Source: the human T2T-CHM13v2.0 reference genome, Homo sapiens. From it: a stretch of DNA of 64,000 nt. The DNA lies in assembly GCF_009914755.1 (NCBI RefSeq), contig NC_060935.1; one strand, 5' to 3'. The position numbers and the translations under genes were made by a program. The notes below the pieces were generated by a model, which did no database searches, was not told the origin of the DNA, and saw only the letters and a program-made list of their open reading frames with translations. Positions 13,901-29,531 of this stretch are shown piece after piece. Within the stretch, counting starts at the first letter, position 1. Each line of letters opens with the position of its first letter.

Positions 13901-14609
13901 TGATGGATAAGAGAGCTCTTGGCTAGTATAAATAGAGCAAGTATTTTCCATAAAAATATGGAAAATAAGCAAGTGTTTTCCATAAATAGAGCAAGTATTT
14001 TCCATAAAATATCACTAAAAATATGCAGGAAAGGCCTGAATTAGTTCATATGGCAGATATTGGTATAATCTTTTGGTTTTCAGGATTTTTTGAAGTCTAA
14101 AGTGGGCATGCTTACAATAAATTAATTTAAAAGTGGTATCAGTTTTATATGTTCTGCATACAATTTTCTTTTTAAGAGTACCCTGTGGGTTAAAATATAT
14201 TTACAGAGCAACCTCTCCTAACAAAAGAAAATTTCAGACCATTAGGCTTGGTCAGATAAATGAATGTTAGAGGGGCAAAATCAGGTGTAGCAAAGATTAG
14301 TCCATTGCAGAAAGAAACTAGGACTGTGCCTCTCCAAATAGGAGAGTACCAAAGAGGGTACACCCCTGTACCCCAGGGGTGTCTAGTAGTGTGCCTTTGG
14401 GTCCTAGAAGATGTAGAATAAGTATGGTACATCATCACAACAAGTAATTTAGGACTGTTTTGCAATAAAACAATCAATATTTATTATGCAGTTGATGCAA
14501 TACTCACATATATTTTAAATTAGATGCTCTATGAGAATTTTCCAGTTGCTAATAGCTAGGCAGGTGACCCTCCTACATTCCCCTAGGATACTGTGTAGAC
14601 AAGTTTGTA

Positions 14610-14860
14610 TTGACAAAAATAAGAATGTAGACTGAAGAGCAAAACTGTTGGGTTCAAATCCTGGCTCTGTGACTTACTAGTTATATAACCCTGGGCAACT
14701 TAACCTGTTCATGCCTTAGTTTCCTCATCTCTGAAATGGAGATATTAATAATAATAATATTCACCTCATGGGGTGATTGAAAGAACAAAATGAGTTAATT
14801 TTAGTGTTTAAAGGAGTGCCTTGCGTGTGGCAAGTACCATGCAGATGCTCATTAAATAAA
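14610..14860 (+). mobile_element. MIR SINE
   Basis: gggttcaaatcctggctctgtgacttactag...ccttagtttcctcatctctgaaatggagata. Confidence 0.85.
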
Positions 14861-15060
14861 AGCTTGAGAACTATGAATGAGCCTCTCCGAGAAGGTCAAG
14901 AATGGGCACATAGTCTGGGTGATCATGAGCAGAGGCTGGAAGTGATGCATTCTGTTGAAGGAATTGTTCATGGGGTGGCCACTCCTTCAAAAGGAATTAT
15001 AAAAATCTAAGACTTGAAGCTGAGATCCCCCACCTGCTGGGTGGTGTTTGATGGTCTAAA

Positions 15061-15250
15061 CTGGGGGTTTGCAAACTCTTTCAGCAAAGGGCCAAGTAGT
15101 ATATCCTTTAGAATTGTGGGTCATCCAGTCTTTGTCACATTTGTTCAACTCTGCCATTGTAGTGTGAAAGTAGCCATGGATGATATATACCTGAATTAAA
15201 TGGACTGTTGTGCTGGGCTGGGGCCACAGTCCATAGTTTGCTGCTGCTTG
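15061..15250. mobile_element. MER58A-like hAT-Charlie element
   Basis: gcaaactctttcagcaaagggcca...ttcaactctgccattgtagtgtgaaagtagccat...catagtttgctg. Confidence 0.75.
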
Positions 15251-17619
15251 TCTAGATCCTGCGGGGCCTGAGCAAGTGAGCTGGAAATAAGGTGGCTGTT
15301 GAGGGGGCTGAGGAGCAACAGGAAGTGAGAAGGGAAGGGAGATGGGTGCAGCACCACTACAATGCCACTTCCTTCCTGGGGTGAACTCACTTAGACTTTG
15401 AATAGGTTCTCTGCAGAGATGACTGAGACACTTGGAGCCATGCGCCTGCAGAGACACAGTGGGGGACCATGTTAGAAATGGGAGTAACAAGTCATTCATT
15501 CTTACTATATGTTTCGTTATTGCATGGCAAAGGCTTTGAAAAGAAAGCTGAGTCTTTTATTTTCCTGTGAATCAGCTCCGAGCCCCTGGAACAATGTTGT
15601 TCATTCTGCGGATGCTCAGCAAGCCCTTGCTGACTGTCTTTATTTCTTCACCTGCAATAAGATCCCCCCAGGCCCATATGGAAACGTAAATGTTCTTGAG
15701 GGACTAATTCAGTGAGACTCTTCCAGGGGAAGTTCAGTCCTCCTGGGAAGTGATTACACACTGATGGAATTTTTGCACACTGGATGGAAAGATGATCTTT
15801 GCCTCTTGGCTGTGTCACAGTAATAAGTGGGAGACTGATTATTTCTAAGAGTGCAGCTCTTCCCGGCACTGATAAGAATGGAATGCAGCGCTACCATGGA
15901 GATTCGGGTCACTAATTAGTCCCAGAAGCCTCTAGGCCTTGAATCACTGTTATATTAATTATGCATCAAATTAGAATGTTTGCAAAGGCTCAGAGCCAAC
16001 TGTACTGCAGAACCCGGTGACAGCATGGAGAGATCAAGGAGTGTCCCGCCCAGCACACTGCAGGGACCAGCAGACAAATCCACGCGGCCTGCCTGAGCGT
16101 GCAGTGACCCCGCCTGATCTCTGATACAGCTGTTCGCAACTCCTGCCAGAGAGCTTGTTATCGGCACAGGGTGGACAAAAGAAGGAAAGGAAGAGAACGA
16201 TGGCTTCCCCTCAGTTCCATAATCTAAGCTCTACTGCGGTAATATCCAGCTGAGAAAAGACACAGGACAATCATTTGGGCACTTTATTTCCATGGTAACA
16301 AATAGAAGATTCTTCCAGATGTTTGCTAACATCGTGGAGGTAACATGTCTGGACCGTTGTCTGATATTCAGTTTTTATAGCTGGGGAGACATGGCTTTAG
16401 CTTTGGGTAAACTATTCTATCTCTTCCTCCTCTTCCTCTGCCTCCTTCTCCTTCTTGTGTTCTCCATGAGCATAAAACCAAAATATACTTGATGCTTTGT
16501 TGTAAAATAAACAGATGATAAATAGCAGTCTCTGTGACTGTTGGGTTATAATTCCATCGAGGGCTGGGGTTGAAGTCATAAACCACAAGAAGTGAAGCAT
16601 GACCCACAAATAGCCTTCAGGATGGAATTACAGCCCCATAATTCAGAGTAGCCCTTTGAAAAAATAATTCCTAAACCTAGCTATAATTTGGGGAAAGAGC
16701 CACGACAGTGGTGACGTCTTCTCTAATCAGTTCATCAGTAGACAAATTACTCCCCTTCGTTATTCTGATGATATTTATTAACGTTGGGGTGAGCACCCAA
16801 TCTGTTTTCTAGGAGGTTACTGTTGAAACCAGGTAGCAGTCGCCCAAACAGAACCAAAGAAAGGGAAACTGGAGTCTCACAGTAAGAAAGTTCTCACCAC
16901 AGATGAAGGTCAATGAGCATGAGGTGAGAAGAGACATTCATTACTTTGGAACTGATGAGAAATATTGATTCCTGACCACAGGAGTAGTGGCCGAGTTTGT
17001 TTTGCGTGGAGTGTGGCATAAATTCCGTCCCTGTTCTGCATCTTACTACTTCTCTAAATGTCTTTGCTATTTTCAAAACTGATTCTGCTTGATCTCATAA
17101 TTCATTAAAGCAAGTTGATCTCATGCACCCCAAGAGTTATGAGAAGCTTTTTCATGATGGTTCTTGCATGATGAAAATAAATTCTCATTTATTACAGAGA
17201 AAATAAACCGAACCCAACAATTCTGTAGAAGGTGAATGTTTAAATGGCAGTTTCTTGTGATCATAAATTAAACCATCAAAATCCCATAAGGTTTCTCTGC
17301 AGCCTAGATATTAAATAAAACAACAAACATGCAAGGACTGGCAAGTGGTAAGGGCTTAATACATGGTCATTCACTACCATAATTTGTACCATAAAATTCA
17401 GAAATTCTTTACATGCTTTGTGTGTTATTATCTACTTTGTCAATGACGCTGAAGACATGAGGAGAACAAGGGTCTCATCTGACACATTATGCCTTTCCAC
17501 ATAGACAATGTAGAATATTATTTAAAACAGAGTCTACAGCATGAAGAAAATAGAAGCAACAGAAAACAACAAGCTAATATATAAACTATTAAGGCAAAAT
17601 GGACAAAGAATATGATCAT

Positions 17620-20610
17620 TTAAAAGTCGAGCTTATTGAGGTATAATTTGCAGATATGCTTTGTGTTTAATTTGCTCCTTCTTTCCTAGTTTAAGGTGGA
17701 AACTTAGATCATTGATTTGAGATATGTCTTCTCTTTCAAACACAAATATATAAAAGTGTGAATTTTACTCTAAGTACTGTTTTGGCAACAACACACACAT
17801 TTTGATATGTTAGGTTTTTATTTTTGCTTTGGTTCAAACTATTTTCTAATTTTTCTTGTGATTAAGTTTGAGAATTTAACAATAGAAAACAGAAAACAAA
17901 TACTTCGTTATTGATTTCTATTTTAATTTTGTTATGATCAGAAAACATGCTTTGTATGATTTAAAGTCCTTTAAATTTATTGAGCCTTATTTTTTGACCC
18001 AGATATGATCTTTCTTTGTGAATGTTGTGTCTGCATTTGAAAAGAATTTGTGTTCTGCTATTGCTGGATGGAGTATTCCATAGCTGTCAGTTAAGACAGT
18101 GGTTAGTGGTTCCATTTATCTTCTATGTTTTTCTGTATGCTTGTATATCTGAGAAAAGGATGCTGAAATTTCTAACTATCACTGTGAATTTGTCTGTTTC
18201 TCCTTTTGGTTCTGTCATTTTTTATTTTATTTGTTTTGACATTGTTAGGTATTATTAGGTGCATGTACATTTGGAACTGTTATGCACTCATGATGAACTG
18301 AGTTCTTTCTTGTTATAAAATGTCTCCCTTTAGCCTACATAATAATATGTGTTCTGAGGCCTACTTTGTGTGATATGAATTACAGCCATTCCAGATTTCT
18401 TTTGATTAGCTTCTGCATGGTACTTTTTTCATCCTCTTCGTTTTATCTATATATTTATACATATTGTATATTTCTTGTAGACAAAAATAGGTATGTCTTG
18501 CTTTTTAAAACCCAATATGACAATCTGCTTTTTTAATTAGAATGTGAAGAATTTTCTCTAATATTTCTTATAATATAGGTCTGTAGTTTATGGATCCTAT
18601 CAGCTTTTATTTGTATAAAAATATTTTCTCTATTTCTAATTCACTCTCTATTTTGCCTTCATTTTTAAGAGATATATTTCCTGGGAATCCTATGATGACG
18701 GTTCTTTCTGTCAGCACTTTTAAGATATTCATCCATTTTCTTTTGGTCGGCATATTTTCTCATAAGAAGTCTGCTGTCATGCTTGTCTTTATTACTCTGT
18801 AAGTAGTATGTCTTTTATCTCTGGCTGCTTTTAAGATTTGTTTATCTCTGATTTTTAACAATGGGATCATGATGCGTTTTAGCATATACGTCTTTATATG
18901 TATTCTGCTTGGGTTTCATGGAGCTTTGTTGACATAGTTTTCATTAAATATAGATAAACTTCTAGCTATTATTATTTCTTCATCTATCTTCCCTCTTCCT
19001 TTCTGGGACTCTAATTTCACATGGTAGACAGCCTTGATATTGTTCCATAGATACTAGATATTATTTTTGTTTTCGTCCATCTTTTTTGTTTCTCTGTACT
19101 TAATTTTGGATATTTTCTATTGGCATGTCTTTGAGTTCACTGATCTCTTCTTCTGCAGTTCCAAATTGGCCACAAAACTGTCCAGTATATTTTTTGTTTC
19201 AGATCACATAATTTTCACCTCTATCAGTTCCATTGTGGTACCTCTCTCTCTTCTTTAAAATATATTCCTTTCTGCTCCTCATAGTGTTGTTTTTCCCTCC
19301 TTCTTGAGCATATTAAGCGTGTTTATGATAGTTATGATAGCTGTTTTAAAATTTGTTTCTAATTTCTGAATTTCTGTCATTTCTGTTTCACTTCAACTTA
19401 TTGGCCTTTTCTAGGTATGGGCCATATATTTCTGCATTTTTGCATACCTGATAAGTTTTTATTTGATGTCATATATTGTGAGATTTTACATTGTTGTGTG
19501 TGGATTGTGTTATATTCCTTTTGATAGTGTTGGACTTTGTCCTGGCATCCAGTCAGAACAGTGATTGCCTCTGGGAAGTGGTGAGATTGATGTTCAAGGT
19601 AATTGAATGGCTCTGTATCTAGATCTGGGTATTGGTTACATGGCTGTGTGCTTGCTACAAAACTCATCCATATATATACACTTACAACATGTGCATTTTA
19701 CTCTAAGTAAATTACACTCAAAAATATTATAAAATGTTATATATGACCATTTAAAAAATTTGAAATAATACAATTATATAAAGAATAACAACTAAAAGTC
19801 CTATCTTCCTCCATCTCAATTGCACTGCCTCTTCATTATTCCTTCTTTCCCAAAATCTTACCATTCATAAACCAGTTAAATCCTTTTCTATATCACCTTC
19901 AAAATCTTTATCTATGGATTTACACCTGTAGCATCATGGTTAAGACCACAGGCTCTAGAAACAAGACTGCTTGGGACAGAATCATGGCTCTACTACTTAG
20001 TAGATTCATTTTGCCTAGTTTTGAACATCATACAAATAGACAGAAAAAGTAGGCATTTCTGTATTTGACTTCCTTCCCTCAATGTCATATTTTTGAGGTT
20101 CATTGATGTTGCTTATGTCAATAGTTTATTCCTTTTTCTTGTACCCAGTTATATATATCATTTTATAAATATAACACCATTTTCTTTTCTGTTCTCTGAC
20201 TGATAGACATTTGGGTTGTATCCAGTTTGGGCTATCATGATAAAAGCTGCTGGGAATATTCTTGTACAAGTTTTTGGTGGATACGTGTTTTTATTTATCT
20301 AGAGTAAATATTTAGGAGTGAACTTGCTGGGTCATAGGGTATGTTTAAATCTATTTAAAAAAACCTAACTATTTTTATTTAACATTGCTTTCAGTAAAGT
20401 ATGAGAGTTCCAGTTCTTCTACATCCTAACCAGCACTTGACATGGGTCAGTCTTTTACATTTTAGCCATCTAATAGGTGTGTTTTGATATCTTTTGTGAC
20501 TTTAATTTTCGTTTCCCTGATTACTAATGATGTTAATATTTTCATGTGCTTATTTACCATTTGTATATCTTCCTTTGTTAAGTATTTGTCCAAGTCCTTT
20601 GCCTATTGTT
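17620..20610 (-). mobile_element. Cluster of old L1M fragments, mostly antisense
   Basis: Long T-rich L1-like tracts (tgcatttgaaaagaatttgtgttctgc; ctctggctgcttttaagat; atagacatttgggttgtatccagtttgggctat); internal boundaries unresolved. Confidence 0.7.
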
Positions 20611-20619
20611 CTGTTAAAT

Positions 20620-21115
20620 AGTGCAGTGTAACACAGATAAACCCATAACTTATTGGCTTAAAGATTAGTTTTAAATTTTGTTTATCAATCTTCCATTTGG
20701 GCAGGATTCAGTTTGGACAGCTGATTTCTGCTCCATGTGGCATCAGTTGGAGGAGCTCGACTGGGGCTGGGTGTTCTCCCATATGGCTTACGTACATGCC
20801 TGGCAAGTTGATGCTGTCAGCAGGAAACTTCGCTAAGGCTGTTAGCCAGATGCCTTTGTTCCTCTTCACTTGAGTCTGTCCATTTGATTGCTTGGACTTC
20901 CTCAAGCGTGGGGGCTGTGTTCTAAGGATGTGTGTTTTAAGAGAACAGAAGTGAATGCTGTCAATCTCATAAGGTCTTGACTTGGGCACTGGGTTAGTAG
21001 CTTCACTTCCATCATACTCTGTTGGTCAAAGCAGTGCAGAATTCACTCAGATTCATAGGGAGAGGACATAGACTGTTTCTTCGTGGGGGGAATGAGACAA
21101 CAATTAATCCACCAT
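20620..21115 (-). mobile_element. MLT1-family MaLR solo LTR
   Basis: ctgctccatgtggcatcagttgg...tcacttccatcatactctgttggtcaaagcagt. Confidence 0.65.
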
Positions 21116-21504
21116 AGTCCATCCTCTGATTGGACTGCATGGTTGGAATGAATGATTTGCATCAATCCCATGTAAAAAATAGAATCAGTTCCTCCTAAGA
21201 CCTATGAAAATTTTACACCTTGTCTCTAGCTTTCATCCTCCAATCAAACTTGAAGCTCTTAGGAAAAAGCCAGTTAAGTATGGATCTCATCCCTTAAATT
21301 TTCTTATTATTAAGGTAATATCAGCTCCATTTCTGTTTGCTTCCAGTACTCTTCAGTGTTTTCAAACAATTGATTTTTATATTTTGTACATAGTTTATAA
21401 TTGCTTTTGGCAAGATTAGCATAATAAAAGCTTCTCCTCCTACTGTTGAAAACAGAGTCTCTTTGTATAACATACAAAATACATTTTTAAAATATTTATA
21501 ATGA

Positions 21505-21876
21505 GGCAGGGCACAGTAGCTCATGCCTATAATCCCAGCACTTGAGAGGCTGAGGCAGGAAGATCCCTTGAGGCCTGGAGTTCGAGACCAGCTTGGGCAA
21601 CATGGTGAGACCCTCATTTCTACAAAAACAAACAAACAAACAAACAAACAAACAAACAAAATTAAAAAAAAAATTAGCCAGGTGTAGTGGTGTGTGGCTA
21701 TAGCCCCAGCTACTCAGGAAGCTGATGGGCTCACTTAAGCCCAGTAGTTTTAGGCTGCTGGGAGTTTTAGGCTGATGGGAGGATCACTTAAGCCCAGTAG
21801 TTTTAGGCTGCAGTGAGCTATGACCACACCACTTCCCACCAGCTTGGGCAACAGAGCAAGGCCCTGTCTCTAAAAA
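21505..21876 (+). mobile_element. AluJ with a (CAAA)n-expanded linker and an internal duplication
   Basis: Alu dimer with J-type diagnostics (cagtgagctatga, ccctgtctc); approximate TSD atatttataatga / atatttaaaatga. Confidence 0.9.
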
Positions 21877-23164
21877 TATATATATTTAAAATGAGGAAAA
21901 GTAAAAGTAACCCTAAACAATAGTATATAAAATGCAAACACCTAGTAAAAACAACAAAAAAAAATTCACATGGGAAATGATTTCTAGTCTTGAACAATTT
22001 ACTGATTATTTGACATCAAAGAACAGCATTGAATGTAACATAAGCAGGTTGCTTTATATGTTTGGGCTCAGATATTTATCTGAAGGACAAGAGGTTTAGA
22101 TCAGACAATGTAAATAATCCTTTAGATGTTTGAGGCCTACGATTCGAATAACCTTATAATTAAATGTAGCATTTGATTTCCATTTTGGTGAATGTAAAGA
22201 AAGCTTAAGAATTTACAATTTATATGGTCAGTATGACATCAGAATACAGAAAAAAGAAATTACCTCAAACCGTACAATTATCTTTTCAGATGGAGCTTAC
22301 AGTTCCTTTCTTCTCTAACAGGGTTCACAAGCTCAAGAAGTACCTGAAATTGGGCTAGGAAATAGTCACAGAGTAAACATGGCTTGTTTTCTGAGGGTAT
22401 CAATTTTACCTTATAATTTTGAGTAAAATCACATTCATAAATCATATTGCATAAAAATAAACTTAGATAACTTATGGTATAAAATACAAATATTATATAA
22501 ATATTTAAAGCTTAAAATAGAAAAAAAGTCTATTTGGAGAGAAACCTTAGGGCAACTATTTCAGTTGCTGGAGGAGAAAGACTTTGTCTCTTCTGGTATT
22601 GTAATAGAAAAGTTTGAGAAATGCTATAAATTCACTGGGCGTTGGGCAAGAAGTCTAAAATCCTGCTCTTTATTTAAGATCTGCAACCATCATTGGATCT
22701 ATGCCATAAATATGTTTTATTTACCCAGACATCTGCACTATTTATTTAGCTTTAGTCACTGAACGAACAGTTTTCATTCTGTATGAGGTGCTACCCTCAA
22801 AACTATTTGTCTGTTTCTCAGTACGTTTTTGGTTGATGGAGTTTGGATGAAATATCTGTTTCTCTGACCCTCCACTTAAGGCAAAACATAGCAGCCTGCC
22901 CTTCCTTTCCAGGTGCAGACAGAACTGAGATTAGCATGAACCATTCCTTCCAGTTGACTACCAAGGGGTAAACTATGAAGAGTTTTGCATTGTGATTTAG
23001 GGGTCTCAATTGTTCTCCCTTCCACCATGGGCTGTGATAGTGCCTAAAGCACCAGTCCTCTGAGGTAGGACAGAGTGATCTTGATAGGCCAATACTATGA
23101 AAGATGAGAGGGAAATCCTCTCTCAAGCCATTTGTCATTTCTAAACACCTTGATTCAAGCTAGT

Positions 23165-23730
23165 TGGCCATAATTTAAAAATAAGCCCTTAAATTATTTA
23201 ACACTCTTCCTATTTAAAGTCAGACTCTAATTCCTCTTCCCCTGAATATAGTCCAGCCAGTGACTTGCTTTACAAGAATACACTTAGGCTGAACTGATGC
23301 TGTGTGATTTTTTTTTTTTTAAACTAGGGTAGGGAAGACAACTCAATTCTGCCCAGAGAGCTCTTTTTCACTCAACTGAATACGCACTGGGAGCCATAAG
23401 CCAACATGTAAGGAATTCAGCTACTCAGAAGCTATCATGCTGGAAAGACCATGTAGAAAACTTACAGACATAGAAAAAGTTCCTTGAGGGCTCCAGCCCC
23501 CAGCTATTTGAGAATTCCAGGTCCATGCCTCAGGCCTATAAGCCAGGAGCTTTCAGATGATTCCAGTCTTCAAGCCATCCCAGCTCCTGGTAAATCGAGC
23601 AGAGATGAGCCATCCCCGCTAAGCCCTGCCCAAATGGCAGATTCATGAGCAAAACAAATGCTCTTGTTGTTTTAAGCCACTGAGTTTTGAGGTGGTTTGT
23701 TGGTTTGTTAGGTAGTAATAGAAAAATGGA
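23165..23730 (+). mobile_element. MLT1H-like MaLR solo LTR
   Basis: aagccctgcccaaatggcagattcatgagcaaaacaaatg...ttgttgttttaagccactgagttttgaggtggtttgtt. Confidence 0.75.
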
Positions 23731-24494
23731 TTCTTTCCTATTACCTAGTCAAATTCTGAGGAAATGGGACATAAGTAAATCATATTTGTTTTCATATACA
23801 TTTCCTGTTTTAAAATTGGGTTGTTTGTAGATAAAAAGAGAAAGGCAAGGAGAGTTCAGAATCACAATGCACTAAAAGAAAGAGTTCAGAGAGGTGGGAA
23901 ATGAAATACTTTCACAGATATCTCCAATAAATATGCATGTGCACAGAACCTTGAAAGTTTTAAATTGGCAGGGATCTTAGGAATCATAAAACTGAACCTA
24001 CTTTTCAAAAGTAAAGTTCAAGGAATTAACTCATTTGGGCAGGATTCCAGAGCCAGAATAGAGCCCAAGATTCCAAACCTAGCCACTGACTGCAGTACCT
24101 CTTTTCTCGAGGCATGTATAATAAACTCCACCAATTTAGCCAAATAATAAGGGCAAGATCAAATAAACAAAAAAGCAATAGCAACAACAGCAACAATTCT
24201 GCATAACCTAACTGGCTATTTCTAAAAGTAGTTGTCTTTGCTCTGCCTGTCCCTGTCTATTGTCTCCTTGTGGAATAAGTGTGTCCACCCCTGGGTCCTT
24301 GACATTAAAGGGTTTGGGAAACTGCTACAGAATTCGCAGTTCTAGTTCTCCAGGCAAGGGAGTTAATGGATCTCAGACATGCTTATGTTATTTCACTACA
24401 CACAGCAGTGTATTTGTGGAGTGCTTACCATGTGATAGCAGCTGTACTAAGTACTTTATGTACATTATTTCATTTTATCCTGCTTTGAATTTTT

Positions 24495-25850
<1,356 letters not shown>

Positions 25851-26357
25851 AGTTTTAAAGTTGGACTGTTGAGAGGGAAAAGGAGCCAATCTGAAAAGAT
25901 AATCCAAGGCATGACTAAGAAAGCATTAGTTCTGAATTCTGGGATTACATCAGAATCAGCAGGTGATTTAAAAACACCTGTCTAGGACCTAGCCCCAGAA
26001 ATTCCAATTTAGACTGATCTATGGTGTAGCCTAATTGTGAATAGTCTTTAGAGGCTCTTTTGGTGATCCTAATGTGCAGCTATGGATGAGAATTATCAAA
26101 AAAGAGGTAAAGTGTGTGCAAAATATGTGAAATTTATTTCAGCATATATAAGGCTTTCATTAATGGGGTATTTTGTATAATTCTAAAGGAGTCACATGTT
26201 AAAGTGCACAACTGAAATCTAGTATGTAATAATCATTTGTATTTATACTTTTTTGAGACAAAGGAAGTAGATAAGCAACACCCCTGAGTTTCAGACATCA
26301 CAATGCCATAGTGTGCTTTATGGGAATATAGAGATGCAAGGAAAAGTGTCTGAAAAA

Positions 26358-26395
26358 GACACACACACACATACACACACACACACACACACACA
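26358..26395. repeat. (CA)n microsatellite
   Basis: Directly visible. Confidence 0.95.
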
Positions 26396-27526
26396 AGATA
26401 GTCAAGATGCTTTTATAATCATTTTAAGAGGTCTTCATCATGAGGTTAAATAAGTCATTAAAAAAAGCAAAATAGGCAGAAAAAGCTTTTTAGCAGAAAG
26501 TTTATAAAAATTGCTGGGGAGTAACAAACAGGATAAATAGGGAAAATCTACAGCTGATACATGTTGAAGTAATTGACTTAAAAGGTTTATTTAGAGGAAG
26601 TATTTTGCTATAGCAGAGTGAGAAGTTTAGCAATGCTTCTTCCCCCAAAAAACAAGTATAAAATTGGAAAAACTATTTAAAAAATGGTCTCAGGGCTCTG
26701 AAAATCAACCAAAGAAAAATAACAACTTGAGAAATGGTTATTGGTGAAAAATGGCTAGAAATGTGGATAAGAAAAGTGTAGATTCTATAGAGATCTACAG
26801 CCTTCTTGCCTAGGACTATCCCTCTCCCTTAACTCCTCCTAAAACTTGGTTAGCGCGCTAGTTTTAGCAAGGCAGGACTGACTATGAAAACCAGCAGTAC
26901 TGCTAGAGGGGGTTGACTTGATTTGAACTGGAGGTTCCAAACCTATTCCTGGCAGCATTATCAAGAAAAGTAGGATACATGGTAGGAAATAAATGGGGAA
27001 TTTTTACAGCTCTGCTAACCTGAGTTTGCAGTACCAGTTAGGGCTAGTTATGGGCTAGTCAAACTCTTAACAGGAAGTTTCTGGAAATGAGAGTCATATA
27101 AGGGCTAGATAAGCTCTCTGTGCCTTTCTGGCTGGATGAGAAACTACGTTTACAGGAGAGCTATGTAAAGTAAAAGCTAGGACAGACTTGAAAAGTGCCT
27201 GAACTTTGAATGCGTCCTCTCTCCTGTCTGCCCCACCCAATTCACACACAGATCTATTAGCAGAAGGTGGAAACCTTACAGGCTTAAGGTATTTGAGCAC
27301 AACCTCTTATCAATCACTGACAAACCAGCAGATACAGGACTACACATTGGAAGCTAGGCAAAAATGAATGAATGAATGGAGAATTATTTTAAACTGAGCA
27401 GAGACATCAGTGGCAGCACATCTCAGAGAAACAGATTCTGTAAACTAGGTTGGAGTAAATTATCTAAAGGAACAACTATCTTGTGGGAAAATATCATATC
27501 CCAGAGTTGTTACAATATTAATCTAA

Positions 27527-27893
<367 letters not shown>

Positions 27894-29531
27894 TAGTCAG
27901 GAAAAAAACAGTCCATGGAAACTGACTTTGAGTGCACCTAAATATATTTAGCACACTAAGACTTCAAAACAGCTCTTGTATTTTAAAAATTAAAGTATGA
28001 TGATAATGACACTGTAATAGGAATGCTCAGTAGAGAAACAGAAGCAATAATAAGGAACCAATGGAACTTCTAGAATTTAAAAGCCCTATAGCTGAAATAA
28101 AAAATTAAATGGGCACATTTGGGGTGGCAAAAGAAATAATTGGTGAACTTCAAATAGATCAATAGAAATTAACCACTCTGAAGAACATGGAAAAACATAG
28201 ATTGAAGAAAAATGAGCAGAGCCTCAGAGACCCATGTGGCAATATCCAGCATACCTACTAACACGTAATGAGAGTCCCAGAAAGAGAAGATAGAGATACA
28301 TGCAGGAAAAATACTTGAAGAAATAATGGCTAAACATTCTGCAAATTTAATGAAAAACATGAATTATACATCTACAAAGCTCAACAAACTCTAAATAGGA
28401 TAAACATTAAAATCCCCATCTATACACATTAGAGTAAAATTAACTGAAAACCAAACACAAATAGAAAATCTTAAAAGCAGCAAGAGAAAACCAGTTCATC
28501 CTAAACTGGGGAATAACAAGACAATTAATGCCTGATTTCTTATCTGAAACAATGGAGGCCAGAAGGCAGTGGAAGGACACATTTAAAGTGATGAAAAAAA
28601 AAACTGTCAACCACAAATTCTGTGTGCAAAACAATTCTTCAAAAACAGGTGAAATAAAGAAACTCCCAGATGAAGACTGAGATAAATTATTGCTGACAGA
28701 TACAGCTTCCAAGAAATTCTACAGAAAATGAAAGGAAATGACACCATAAGGCAAATCCACAGGGAGAAATGAAGAGCACCAGAAATGGTAACTACGTGGG
28801 TCAATATATAAGATTGTATAAACATGTATTTTCTATTTTTTTTAAAACACATCAGATTTTGTGAAGCAATAATTGAAACACTATTGTTGAGTTTATAATG
28901 TTATATAGATATTACATATGTGACAATAATAGCACATATAAGGAGATGGGATGAAATTAAGCTATATAAGAGCATCAGTGTTGGATTTTGCTGAAAGTAA
29001 ATCAGTATTAACATGAATTATATTGATAAATTAAGAGTACACCTTAATCCCTACAGCAAACACAAAGAAAATAAAGAATCAACAGAATAATAAAGTGATA
29101 CACCAAAAATAATTGTTTAACCTAAAGACAGCAGTAAAGGAGTAACAGAGGAACAACAACAAAAAGACATAAACTATATTTAAAACAAACAGCAAAATGG
29201 CAGACATAAGTCCAATTCTATCAATAATCATATTAAATAGTCCGTTAAATCAACTAAACACTGTAATGAAAATACAAAGATTGGCAGATGGGATACAAAA
29301 GAAAGATTCAACTATGTGCTGACCACGAAAGACATACTTGAAATGCAAAGATACAACTAAATTTAAAGTAAAAGAAGTGGAAAAGATATATTATACAAAC
29401 AGTAATCATAAGAAAGCTGGAGTGGATATATTAATATCAAACAAAGTAGACTTTCAGAAAATAAATATTACTAGAGATTCAGAGGGACATTTCATAAGCA
29501 TAAAAAAGTCAATACATCAGGAAGACACGAT

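Noticed and set aside
17121-17171. Pre-miRNA-like hairpin (tcatgca...tgcatga)
   Set aside because: Short, bulged, G-U-rich stem with a tiny loop; plausible by chance in AT-rich DNA
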